Origin: Sedimentisphaerales bacterium
GTDB taxonomy: Bacteria > Planctomycetota > Phycisphaerae > Sedimentisphaerales > SM23-30
Reading direction: 5' to 3' (one strand)
Length of the DNA: 64,000 nucleotides
NCBI GenBank assembly: GCA_963666285.1
Contig: OY762711.1
Shown here: positions 21,116 to 30,795 of the stretch, piece after piece
Layout: every line of letters begins with the position of its first letter
Numbering within the stretch: position 1 is the stretch's first letter
Notes under the pieces: generated by a model
Seen by the model: only the letters and a program-made list of their open reading frames with translations
Told to the model about the DNA's origin: nothing
Database searches by the model: none
Program-made: the position numbers and the translations under genes

Positions 21116-22079
21116 AGGGGAATATACAAGCCTCCCCATTATTTTAAAATCATCCTCGCCACCAGGCGACACCTTCACTCCTGGGAACGCTGAGCATCAG
21201 CTCGGCACATTATTTAATCAGGTCGCGTCAGCGACTCCTTCACATCATTAGACTTGTCCAATGATGTGCCAGAGTGCGAAGCACGTTTTTTCTCTTCGCT
21301 GGCAGCTGTTCGCTCGCCGCTGGTTGCGATCATTTGTGTTAGCCCAGTACTGATTCGTGTAAATGGTTTAGCAATTTTGCATTTTGATTTTTTTCTTAAT
21401 TTTTAATTCTTAATTTCTTACCGCCGCTGTCTGCTGTTCGCTCGCTGCTGTTTAGCTGTTCTAATCTCTAACGACCTTCGGTCGTTCGGCGTCAGCTTTA
21501 AAACAAGTTGTGAGCGACAGCGAATTATTCCTGATGTCAACGTACATCAGGACACCTCCTTTACACTTTTTATTTTACCCTTTACACTTTGATGTCGCAT
21601 AGCGACATCTGGTCCGCCCAACATCCAAAATACCAAATTTCAGCAAAAAATCTTCTCCGCCGCACCACCTCCGTTACCACGCGTTTACCTTCCGTTAACT
21701 TACCTCGTTCCGCCGCTGATATTCAATAGTCCGCCGCCGCCCGCCGAAAGCCGGCACGCTTCTTCTCGCCTTCCTATACCCGCCGCGTCCCGCCGCATAT
21801 GTTCAATTTCCCGTCACTACCAGCCTTTAACATGTTCGTGACCGTTCTCCTGCCTATCACGACCTACGTAATAATTTTTATCCGCAAGCTGACATTTGGT
21901 CTTGGCACTTACCTCAAAAATCTGCCATATATTTCGGTAAGCCCAAAAGTAGGGCGGTGCTTATCCTGATTTACGGAATCAGCTGATGAATTAAATTTGT
22001 AAATATCGCAAATAGCTTATATAATCACTTATAATTAGAGTTACTCTTTTAGTTATAACCCTATAATTTGGTGATACAT

Positions 22080-23009
22080 ATGGACAAAAGACAATTGTCG
22101 GATATTAGTAGAAGATTATGCGACAGCTATATCGGCTGGGGACGCATCAGTAAGCTTGACGGCATACCACGCCCCAAGCGTACTGAGATCTACCAGCTCG
22201 TCGATAAGCTGTTTGAGATCGTTTATCCCGGTTTTTGGGGCCGTCAGGCCGTTGTTAAGCAGGATTTACCCGATTTTACCGTCGAAAACCTCGCTCAGGC
22301 CTCTCAAATGCTCGCCACGCTTGTTTTCCAGGCTCAGGCTTTCTGTCCCAAAGATCCTTCTTCAGAAGACCATGAACCCGTGGAAGACATTGTAGCCGCA
22401 TTTATAAAGACCCTCCCGCAAATTCGAGAGATGGTGCTAAGTGATGTGTTATCAGCACTTAAAGGCGACCCCGCGGTATATGAAACCGACAGCATAATCT
22501 ATTGCTATCCTACCACAGTTGCTGTTACAACACAAAGGCTTGCTCATGAACTCTTCAAGCTCAAAGTGCCGCTTATCCCGCGTGCTATGAGTGAATATGC
22601 CCATAGCTATACAGGCATCGACATCCACCCCGGAGCCCAGATCGGTAAAGGTTTCTTTATCGACCATGGCACTGGTGTAGTTATTGGTGAAACTGTCATA
22701 ATTGGCGATAACTGCAAGCTTTACCAGGGAGTTACGCTTGGTGCCGCCAGTTTCCCGCATGGCGAGGATGGGCTCATTATACGCGGCCATAAACGCCATC
22801 CGACCCTGGAAGATGATGTTATTGTATATTCAAACTCTTCAGTTCTCGGCAATATAGTTATTGGTAAAGGTGCTACCATTCATGGTAGCGTATTCCTTAC
22901 CAAATCCGTCCCGCCAGGTTGCACTGTTTCAAGTACGCCGGTTGAACTGAGAATGAAAAATCGCTGTTACGCGATCGGCAGGGGATTTATACCTGATTAC
23001 ACAATCTAG
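22080..23009 (+). CDS. cysE: Serine O-acetyltransferase (EpsC/CysE type)
   Basis: GDPA, TGIDIHPGAQIG, FFIDHGTGVVIGET, YQGVTLG, KRHPT; hexapeptide repeats. Confidence 0.92.
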   Translation: MDKRQLSDISRRLCDSYIGWGRISKLDGIPRPKRTEIYQLVDKLFEIVYPGFWGRQAVVKQDLPDFTVENLAQASQMLATLVFQAQAFCPKDPSSEDHEPVEDIVAAFIKTLPQIREMVLSDVLSALKGDPAVYETDSIIYCYPTTVAVTTQRLAHELFKLKVPLIPRAMSEYAHSYTGIDIHPGAQIGKGFFIDHGTGVVIGETVIIGDNCKLYQGVTLGAASFPHGEDGLIIRGHKRHPTLEDDVIVYSNSSVLGNIVIGKGATIHGSVFLTKSVPPGCTVSSTPVELRMKNRCYAIGRGFIPDYTI

Positions 23010-23049
23010 CGAATTATTGGCGATAAGTAATTGCTGTTATTTGAGATAT

Positions 23050-23082
23050 AAAAGGGCGGAAAGAATGTTTCTGCCCTTTTTT
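23050..23082 (+). terminator. Intrinsic terminator after cysE
   Basis: AAAAGGGCGGAAA-gaatg-TTTCTGCCCTTTTTT. Confidence 0.75.
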
Positions 23083-23172
23083 GTTACTTGAATTTTTTCC
23101 GGAATGAGATATAATTAACTCTCTAACTAATTGTAAACAAATAATATAGCTTTTAATTTCATAGGAGCTGAC

Positions 23173-23964
23173 ATGATTAAGCTAGCAGTTACCGGCGCAG
23201 CCGGCAGAATGGGTAAAAGAATAATAACCCTGGCAAAAGAAAGCGGGGATTTTGAAATTGTCGCGGCATTAGAATACGATCAATGCCCGTTATTAGGTCA
23301 CGATGCTGGCGAAAATGCTGGGATCGGCTCGCTAGGCGTTAAACTTTCTGTCGAGCCGGAAACAAAGCCTGACGTTATGATAGATTTTTCGCTTCCAACC
23401 GGAACCGAAAAGTGGATTAAATATTGCCGTGACAATAAAATTGCATTAGTTGTTGGTACCACAGGACTTGACGATAGCCAGAAAGCTATGCTGCAGGATG
23501 CAGGTGACGACATTCCTGTATTACTTGGTGCCAATATGAGTCTTGGTGTCAACCTTCTTTTCAAACTCGTTCAGGATGTCGCCGGTCGTTTGGATGAAGA
23601 CTACGATATCGAGATCGTAGAGTTTCACCATCGCTTCAAACGCGATGCTCCAAGCGGCACTGCTCTGGAGCTTGGCCGCCATGCGGCATTGGGCCGCGAT
23701 TATAAATGGCCGGATTGCTGCCAGCATGGACGAGAGGGTAAGGATGCTTTGCGAGATGCGAAAACCATTGGTATGCATGCAGTTAGGGCTGGTGATATTA
23801 TTGGCGAGCATAGCGTTTATTTCTCTGCTCTGGGCGAAACCATCGAGCTTCGCCATAATGCTCATACCAGGGACACTTTTGTCAGGGGCGCTATCAAGGC
23901 AGGAAAATGGCTTTCCGGCCAGAAACCTGGATATTACACAATGTTTGATGTACTCGGACTTTAG
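23173..23964 (+). CDS. dapB: 4-hydroxy-tetrahydrodipicolinate reductase
   Basis: GAAGRMG, IDFS, VGTTG, NMSLGVN, EFHHRFKRDAPSGTA. Confidence 0.97.
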   Translation: MIKLAVTGAAGRMGKRIITLAKESGDFEIVAALEYDQCPLLGHDAGENAGIGSLGVKLSVEPETKPDVMIDFSLPTGTEKWIKYCRDNKIALVVGTTGLDDSQKAMLQDAGDDIPVLLGANMSLGVNLLFKLVQDVAGRLDEDYDIEIVEFHHRFKRDAPSGTALELGRHAALGRDYKWPDCCQHGREGKDALRDAKTIGMHAVRAGDIIGEHSVYFSALGETIELRHNAHTRDTFVRGAIKAGKWLSGQKPGYYTMFDVLGL

Positions 23965-24079
23965 AGAGTTTATCGCCAATTTTTTTGCTGAAAATATATG
24001 ACATTTAGCTTGCTTTATTAGATAAATGTTTATAAACTACTGATCTTCAAATTACTTGGCAGAATTTTCTGCCTCAGTT

Positions 24080-24153
24080 GCGCTCGTAGCTCAATTGGAT
24101 AGAGCATTGGTCTACGAAACCAAAGGTTACAGGTTCGACTCCTGTCGGGCGTA
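24080..24153 (+). tRNA. tRNA-Arg(ACG), CCA not encoded; likely prophage attL
   Basis: Cloverleaf: GCGCTCG/CGGGCGT acceptor, D-arm GCTC..GAGC, anticodon stem TTGGT-CTACGAA-ACCAA, T-loop GGTTCGACTCC. Confidence 0.95.
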
Positions 24154-24156
24154 TTA

Positions 24157-24188
24157 TAACTCCTTATTTCATAAGGGGTTATTTTTTT
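24157..24188 (+). terminator. Hairpin plus T-run immediately after the tRNA
   Basis: TAACTCCTTAT-ttc-ATAAGGGGTTA-TTTTTTT. Confidence 0.65.
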
Positions 24189-24272
24189 GCGCAGACATTC
24201 CACAAAACGCCTGTGGTCATTTTGTGGCGGTTTTTACTTGCTTAGTTTCCTATAGTAAGTTATAGTGTGTTC

Positions 24273-25478
24273 ATGGCAAATTTATATCCAAGAAATAATG
24301 TATTGTGGTATTGCTTTTACCACAAAAACGACCGCTATAGGGGTTCTACAGGCACGAATAATCGAGCTAAGGCTACTAAGGTAATGAATGACAGAATCGC
24401 CGAGATACGTGGTTCTGGTTCGGCTAATGACCTATTTGACAGGCTCCTTAAACAGCTTGAAATGCTACCAGAAAAGGATAGCGAAAAGCTAAGAACGAAC
24501 TTCATAGCAGCTCTAAGGGAAACCCATATTAAGAAAGTAACCTTTAAGGAAGCATGGGAAATATTCAAAGCTACCCCGAAAAAGAAAGAGCAGTCAAAAC
24601 ATACTGAAGGTGATTATAATTCGGTATGGTTTAAGCTTGCTGATTGGTGTAAGGAAAAACACAAAATCGAGTATATCCATGAAATTGACGAAGCTATTGC
24701 ACTTCAATACCTATCCTATTTATGGGGGACTCATATATCCCCACGCCGTTATAATCAATATATTATTGCATTTCGATATATATATAAGTTGCTAAAAACG
24801 CCTACTGGAATTACAGAAAATCCCTGGCTTGCAATGGATAAAAAAGATCAAGACACTATAAGTAAAAAGCCATTAGGAATTAAAGAAATCAAGACCATTT
24901 TTTCTAAGGCAAAAGATGAATTAAAAATACTTTTGGCTATTGGTGGTTATACAGGTCTTCGGCTTGGTGATTGCTGTCTAATGAAATGGGCAAGCGTAGA
25001 TTTTGAAAAAATGATTATTACTCTTGAGCCATTAAAGCTTAGGCATAGACGTAAAGAAGTAGTTATTCCCATGCACCCATTTCTTGCAAATTTGCTAAAA
25101 GCTTTACTTGGCGATAACTATAATCAAATACTACCATGTTTAACCAATGAATACATTTTACCAAATATTTCATCTGACTACTTGAAAAACGCATCTGAAG
25201 TAACAGATGTAGTTCAAGAGCATTTTATTAAATGTGGTATTAAGACTCAGGTTAAAAGAAAAGAAGAAGGCCGGGCTCAGGCAGTGTATGGATTCCATAG
25301 CCTGCGTCATTCATTTGTAACTATTCTCGCTGAAAACAATGTAGCCGAATCAGTTGCTATGAAACTGGTCGGGCATAGCTCAATAGCTGTACATAGGATA
25401 TACCAGCATGTACGATCAGAACACAAAGAAAATGCTATTGCACAATTACCTACATTAGATTCAGAAGATAAAGAGTAA
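24273..25478 (+). CDS. int: Tyrosine recombinase / phage integrase
   Basis: YTGLRLGD (R), FHSLRHSF (HxxR), VGHSS (H), IYQH (Y). Confidence 0.95.
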   Translation: MANLYPRNNVLWYCFYHKNDRYRGSTGTNNRAKATKVMNDRIAEIRGSGSANDLFDRLLKQLEMLPEKDSEKLRTNFIAALRETHIKKVTFKEAWEIFKATPKKKEQSKHTEGDYNSVWFKLADWCKEKHKIEYIHEIDEAIALQYLSYLWGTHISPRRYNQYIIAFRYIYKLLKTPTGITENPWLAMDKKDQDTISKKPLGIKEIKTIFSKAKDELKILLAIGGYTGLRLGDCCLMKWASVDFEKMIITLEPLKLRHRRKEVVIPMHPFLANLLKALLGDNYNQILPCLTNEYILPNISSDYLKNASEVTDVVQEHFIKCGIKTQVKRKEEGRAQAVYGFHSLRHSFVTILAENNVAESVAMKLVGHSSIAVHRIYQHVRSEHKENAIAQLPTLDSEDKE

Positions 25479-25500
25479 AATACAATTAATAATAATTACT

Positions 25501-25550
25501 AAATCAGGTAATAACTTCTTATTATAGAGGTTGTTACCTGATTTTTATTT
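25501..25550 (+). terminator. Terminator after integrase
   Basis: Long inverted repeat AAATCAGGTAATAACTTCT / AGAGGTTGTTACCTGATTT followed by T-rich sequence. Confidence 0.75.
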
Positions 25551-25995
25551 GTAACATATTTCAATTCTTTTGACCATCAACTCTCAAAAAAACATACCCG
25601 AACAAAAACCGAACAAAATTATTTGCATTCCCATCATCAATGTGATATATTTTGAATGTTGACTAGTACCAGGTCATTGAGTGCCCTTCCCCAAAAGTCG
25701 GTAATTTACAAAGCACTAATTTACATTTGTTGTTAACATAAAATTAACACAAGTATATTTGTTAAGGTAGTTAAGGTATGTTATAGTTTCATGTATAGTA
25801 AAAATATTTTTACTACAGGACATTGTGTGCAAGCAAACGAGAGAAGCTATGTGTGATAATTATCGATTACAGGAAAGGAGACCTATCATGACCTAATCAC
25901 GCCAAATCCCCAATAAAAAAGCGGCCCGCAAAGCTGTAACTTTGCGAGCCTATGTTATGACAAATTACACCCACACGTAAAAATGGAGTAATAAA

Positions 25996-26175
25996 ATGCC
26001 AACACATTCAAGTTGTACTATAGGTACTATAAGAAAATCTATTTATTTTGTTAACTTGGTATTAGAAAGAGTTCAGGAACCATCAAAGCTTATAATATAT
26101 AGTGTAAGCAATAGAATGACAAGGAAATTAACATATCTTACCACCTTGTTTTCAGAAAGAGGTGATAGATGTTAA
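25996..26175 (+). CDS. 59-aa hypothetical protein (below ORF-track cutoff)
   Basis: GGAG RBS; MPTHSSCTIG...; stop overlaps the ATG of the next gene. Confidence 0.35.
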   Translation: MPTHSSCTIGTIRKSIYFVNLVLERVQEPSKLIIYSVSNRMTRKLTYLTTLFSERGDRC

Positions 26176-26495
26176 GTATTTCTAAAAACAGCGTTAATAA
26201 GATGATCGTAAGGCATAAAGAGAACCTATTTGCCCTTTATGCAACTCTTGGAACAAATAATGATTATATCAGTGAACTTTGCGAAGCTGCTAAAATTACC
26301 AAAAGGCAATTAGCTGTTACCGTTGCAATAGCAAATAATGTTACAATGAAGGAATTGGCTGATATGATAAATGTCGATTATTCCACTATTCGACGCTGGC
26401 CTGAGATTCGTAGAATTTACCTTAAAGACGAAGGTAATCCAGATTCTAAGGATAACTACTATTCAAATAACAATGAATATGATTTTGAAGAATAA
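26169..26495 (+). CDS. Small HTH DNA-binding protein
   Basis: TMKELADMINVDYSTIRRW helix-turn-helix; GAGGTG RBS. Confidence 0.65.
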   Translation: MLSISKNSVNKMIVRHKENLFALYATLGTNNDYISELCEAAKITKRQLAVTVAIANNVTMKELADMINVDYSTIRRWPEIRRIYLKDEGNPDSKDNYYSNNNEYDFEE

Positions 26496-26511
26496 TTATT
26501 TAGGAAAAGTG

Positions 26512-26541
26512 TTGCAATGTTGATTCAGGCTACGATATAAT
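26512..26541 (+). promoter_or_regulatory. Sigma70-like promoter
   Basis: TTGCAA-N18-TATAAT upstream of structured element 1. Confidence 0.55.
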
Positions 26542-26546
26542 CGACC

Positions 26547-26751
26547 CTGACAATTTGAATGACCGTTACAGGACGTTTCGTTGGTAAATCGCTAAATTAT
26601 TCAATGAAGAAATGTCAGTTACGGCACTCTCACAACCTTGTTAATAAAGACAGAGGTTGCTGAGGGTGCTACGCTTAATGTTTCTTCATAGGCTTTAGCG
26701 AGCCTCCAACGAGCATGATGGCGTAGTGCCCTTGCAAACCTCTGTTTTTTT
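26547..26751 (+). ncRNA. Candidate structured leader/attenuator RNA 1 (rod plus alternative terminator)
   Basis: Nested helices 26578-26712; 26721-26745 pairs alternatively with 26650-26674 and is followed by a U-run. Confidence 0.6.
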
Positions 26752-27118
26752 CGCATATTAGATTTGTACTACTTAGAGTGAAACATGGCGGGGCAATTCA
26801 TCATATATATACGTAAAAGTTTTGGATTACAGTAATTATTAATTTAGTATAATATTTAGTTTTTTATTGAAATAAACAGATTGTTTTTGATATTATATGT
26901 TTTGGTTGGATTGCCTGATTTCCAGCACGGATTTTGTGCGCAAATGAAATTTCTAAAGAAATCAATCAAGGTAATTCAGAAGGTGAGAAGTAATTTGGTA
27001 AAAGGATATTTAATATTTTATTGGAGAAGTATATCATCAATTAATAAATGGTATTGGTTACAAATACCTTACTGCCATATAGCGACAATTAAATACAAGA
27101 TCACTGATCTTTTGACAC

Positions 27119-27250
27119 TTTCACTGAAACCGGCAAGTTTATTAAAGAGGTGTAAAAAAGTCAGTACCCGATATGGGTACTGCTTTGCGCAACCTCTTTG
27201 GGTTCCTTGCCGGATACCTCAGTGAAATGCGTGGGTAGTGCCCTTTTTTT
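27119..27250 (+). ncRNA. Candidate structured leader/attenuator RNA 2 (same architecture)
   Basis: Rod 27119-27227; 27228-27243 pairs alternatively with 27175-27191 and is followed by T7. Confidence 0.6.
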
Positions 27251-27342
27251 GTGGGCATAGAAATGGAAGAATTTTATATCAACTAGTCGGGATAATGTGT
27301 TCCGATATAATATTTCACTTCCTTAGAAAAGGAGATTCGCTT

Positions 27343-30045
27343 ATGAAAAAGTTATTTGCTTGTATTGTAATGTTACTTACATTTTGGTCTTCTACTATTT
27401 ACGCCGATGAGATAATTGAGCCGGAGATGGCTACTACTTCCGTATCTTATGCTTATGGTGAAAACGATGACAATGATCCAAACGAGTGCTGGAAAAAGGT
27501 GATTGACAGGCGTAGCGAAGACAGACTTCAACATCTGCATCTTTATGTTGATCTTTATATATGTACTATACCAGAATACGAAGTCTATAATATACTACAA
27601 GGTTCAGAACCAGAACCTATTTTAATGAATGTGGATGATATTCTGATTGTTTGGGATGAAGATCCAAGTCATGGTGAAGTACCGCCTGAAGGTGATTATG
27701 ATTTTACAGGAACAATTGTAGCTGATCCAAACTGTCCTTATGTTCGAGTTAGCACAAATGACGAAACCGACACCTTAAATTGGTCTATTCATAGAGTTAC
27801 TGAAGCTGGCACACTAACAATTAGCAGTACAGGCTATAATGAACATGATGTAATATTATTACCAAGTGGATTTGATGAAGTTCTTTTCTATAAAGAAGAT
27901 GATATTGATGATGGTGACTGTGCAACTGTAAACCAGACAGTAACATATAGTATCTGTTATGAAAATGTCAAGGATGTTACCTTCAATGACTGTTATATAG
28001 TGGACTGGCTCCCTGAAGGAATGACATATCCATACGGTGTTGATACAATTGACTCTAATCTAAACATAATACCGGCAGACCCTAATTATGACCCTGAAAA
28101 ACATAATTATACATGGTTTATTGGTGATATTTTGCCAAATAGCTCTGGCTGCGTTGAACTAGAAGTTGTTGTTAATGAAGGGGCTGATCCAGGGTATGAC
28201 CAGGTGAATATTGCAGAACTATATGTAGGAGACCCAACAGACCCTAATAGTGCTAATTACAGCATTATAGCGGTTGATATAGAGAAAACCCCTATTTGCT
28301 GCTGGGATACTTCAGACGTAATCTATGTGGATATAAACGCTACTGGATATAACACAGGTCTCTCATGGGAGAACGCTTATAATACTGAGTATGGACTGAA
28401 AAAAGCTTTAAAACGGGCTTGGGATTCGCCATGTGCCGGACCTTTTAAGATTTATGTTGCACAAGGCATTTACTACCCAGGAGTAAGTCTTGATGAAAGC
28501 TTTGAATTACCACCATACACAGAAGTTTATGGCGGTTTCCCAACTGGCGGCTGTGATTTCGCAGATAGAAATCCTAAAAAATATATTTCTGCCCTAAATG
28601 GTTTGAGGGACGATATTGGCTATGTTTATAAAACAGTTTACATGTATGAAAACACCTTACTTGATGGTGTAACTGTTGCAAATGGATATGACTATAATGT
28701 TTATGGTGATATGGGAGACTTTGCCGTAAACCAATGCATTATAACCAATGGTGTTCATCATGGTGTCCATGCAGAATATTGTAATGTTACCATTACATCT
28801 TGTATGATAAAAAACAACGGTACGGATGGAATTTACCATGAAGGTATTATGGAAAATCTAAATGTTTCCAATTCATGGATTATGAGAAATAATGAGTACG
28901 GTATTTATTGTTTATATACAACACCAACAGTTGTTAATTCAATTATAAGCGAGAGCGACCTAGCTGAAGAAGGTCGAGCTGGTATATCTATTACTAACCC
29001 GGCTTATAGCCCAGTTTTACATAACTTGACTCTCTCAAACAACAAATACCTTGCCGTAGAATTCACTGATAACGGCAATGCGAGTAGTGACCCAAATGAC
29101 ACAAGCCTGGATTACCCAGATATCGACAATTGCATCATCTACTTCAATAATAGTAATTCAAAACACCAAGTATCAGGTTTTGATCCAAACACTCATATTG
29201 CATATAGCTGTGTACAGGAATGTGCAGAAGTTAATAACAACATCAATGATAATCCAGAGTTTGCCTATAAAGCTGATATTCTAGGCGCACCAGACCCAAC
29301 AAACTACCATCTTGCATTCAATTCAGCCTGCATTGACACTGGAAATCCAAATTTGACTTATGATGGTCAGGTTGATTATGATAATGAAGATCGTGTGTAT
29401 GGCAATGCTATTGATAGAGGTGCAGACGAAGTTTATACCTGTGATGGTAATTATTCTGAGGATGATTTCTTCAATGATTTTGACCATGATTCTGATGGCA
29501 TAATCAATTTAAAAGAGTTCCAACCTCTTGCTGAAGGATGGCTGAGCTTAGACCCTAACGATCCGGGCTGGGGTTCTGACCCTAACTATGCAGACCCTAA
29601 TGATATGCTAAGTTGGAATAAATTAGGCAATTATGATGATACAGGTAGTAGCCAGTATATAATTGATATGGCAGACCTTGAATTATTCTGTCAAAACTGG
29701 CTATGGAAAGCTTGTTGGTATGATAGCTTAAATGATATCGAAACAACAGAAGCTTCTATACAAACCACAACTCTGGCGACCCAAAGTACGGGCATTGCAA
29801 GCCTGGCAAGAACCACGTCAAATTTAATGCTTGCTGAAGATACGGTCGAGGAAGAATATAGTTTATATGACACTCTATCGAATCCAGAACTGGCTCAGGT
29901 TGTTAAGGATTTCCGTTATTTACAGGATAATGTATTGGAAATGCTCCAAGAATGCCCGATTGATAGTGAAGATGAAGAGAATTTACTGGATTTACTGGAC
30001 TTTTTCGATGAAGAATTAGTCAAAATAAAGGAATCTCTACAATAA
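27343..30045 (+). CDS. Secreted DUF11 / right-handed beta-helix protein with dockerin-like motifs (prophage cargo)
   Basis: AAGGAGA RBS, signal peptide MKKLFACIV; VTYSICYEN..IVDWLPEG (DUF11-like); YVD..ATG...G.SW.NA; S.CIDTG...IDRGADE; DGIINLKEF. Confidence 0.75.
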   Translation: MKKLFACIVMLLTFWSSTIYADEIIEPEMATTSVSYAYGENDDNDPNECWKKVIDRRSEDRLQHLHLYVDLYICTIPEYEVYNILQGSEPEPILMNVDDILIVWDEDPSHGEVPPEGDYDFTGTIVADPNCPYVRVSTNDETDTLNWSIHRVTEAGTLTISSTGYNEHDVILLPSGFDEVLFYKEDDIDDGDCATVNQTVTYSICYENVKDVTFNDCYIVDWLPEGMTYPYGVDTIDSNLNIIPADPNYDPEKHNYTWFIGDILPNSSGCVELEVVVNEGADPGYDQVNIAELYVGDPTDPNSANYSIIAVDIEKTPICCWDTSDVIYVDINATGYNTGLSWENAYNTEYGLKKALKRAWDSPCAGPFKIYVAQGIYYPGVSLDESFELPPYTEVYGGFPTGGCDFADRNPKKYISALNGLRDDIGYVYKTVYMYENTLLDGVTVANGYDYNVYGDMGDFAVNQCIITNGVHHGVHAEYCNVTITSCMIKNNGTDGIYHEGIMENLNVSNSWIMRNNEYGIYCLYTTPTVVNSIISESDLAEEGRAGISITNPAYSPVLHNLTLSNNKYLAVEFTDNGNASSDPNDTSLDYPDIDNCIIYFNNSNSKHQVSGFDPNTHIAYSCVQECAEVNNNINDNPEFAYKADILGAPDPTNYHLAFNSACIDTGNPNLTYDGQVDYDNEDRVYGNAIDRGADEVYTCDGNYSEDDFFNDFDHDSDGIINLKEFQPLAEGWLSLDPNDPGWGSDPNYADPNDMLSWNKLGNYDDTGSSQYIIDMADLELFCQNWLWKACWYDSLNDIETTEASIQTTTLATQSTGIASLARTTSNLMLAEDTVEEEYSLYDTLSNPELAQVVKDFRYLQDNVLEMLQECPIDSEDEENLLDLLDFFDEELVKIKESLQ

Positions 30046-30048
30046 ATA

Positions 30049-30094
30049 TTGAAATAACCTGTCGCTATTTGGTATAATAGCGACAGGTTATTTC
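30049..30094 (+). promoter_or_regulatory. 19-bp perfect hairpin (terminator) overlapping a promoter for the PEP-CTERM genes
   Basis: GAAATAACCTGTCGCTATT/AATAGCGACAGGTTATTTC; TTGAAA-N18-TATAAT with TG extension. Confidence 0.65.
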
Positions 30095-30123
30095 TTTATT
30101 ATAAGTGCTTACAGGAGAGAAAT

Positions 30124-30768
30124 ATGAAAATATTTATGATGTTATTGTTATTGGTTGGTGTATCTATTACTAATGCTGGGTATTTTGATGCTAATGGAGT
30201 TACTTATGATGGCGAATTATCCGATGGTGAATACGCTTTCGGTACAAGGGTTAATGAAGATAGTGTACTAACTGTTACAGGCGGCGGAGCCGATAGAATT
30301 AGGGTGCTTGACACGGCTCATTTAGAAGTTCTTTCGACAAAAACTCCTCTTTCTGGTTATCATGAAGGAGGAGGAGGGATATACATCATTGAAGTTAATA
30401 GTCTTAATTCAAGTTCTCTTACTGTTTCTGGAGGAATAATTAACTATATTGATGTTGGAAAAGAATCAACTGTTTTACTAAATGGTGGCCAAGTAAACCT
30501 GATAAGAAGTACACAATACGCTTACACTGGTAAAACTATTACTATTGATTGTATGAAAAATAGTTGGTCATGGATAGGCGAAGAAAATAATTATACAGGA
30601 ATTACAGGCAAATGGAAAAATGGTGATGAATTTACTATAAATTTTATAAATGATAATATAGGAAATTTCTTCCCTGATACTTGGACACACGTTGAAGTTA
30701 TACCAGAACCAGCTTCAATGCTTTTACTTGGGCTTGGCGGTATATTTATAAAGAAAAAACATCCATAA
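30124..30768 (+). CDS. PEP-CTERM sorting-domain protein
   Basis: Signal peptide; C-terminal VIPEPASMLLLGLGGIFIKKK. Confidence 0.9.
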   Translation: MKIFMMLLLLVGVSITNAGYFDANGVTYDGELSDGEYAFGTRVNEDSVLTVTGGGADRIRVLDTAHLEVLSTKTPLSGYHEGGGGIYIIEVNSLNSSSLTVSGGIINYIDVGKESTVLLNGGQVNLIRSTQYAYTGKTITIDCMKNSWSWIGEENNYTGITGKWKNGDEFTINFINDNIGNFFPDTWTHVEVIPEPASMLLLGLGGIFIKKKHP

Positions 30769-30795
30769 AAATCTTTATATTTACAGGAGAGAAAT

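Noticed and set aside
6880..21557. CRISPR array or integron attC array
   Set aside because: Repeats are irregularly spaced with no unique equal-length spacers, no cas or integron-integrase gene, and no clear attC boxes.
21937..21992. Riboswitch or hammerhead upstream of cysE (hairpins plus CTGATGA)
   Set aside because: I could not build a complete SAM, fluoride or hammerhead core by eye.
24056..24265. 69-aa ORF
   Set aside because: Overlaps the tRNA-Arg gene.
26881..27342. 114-aa ORF and 35-aa N-terminal extension of the cargo gene
   Set aside because: No RBS, non-ATG starts, and overlap with structured element 2; the better start is ATG 27343 with AAGGAGA.
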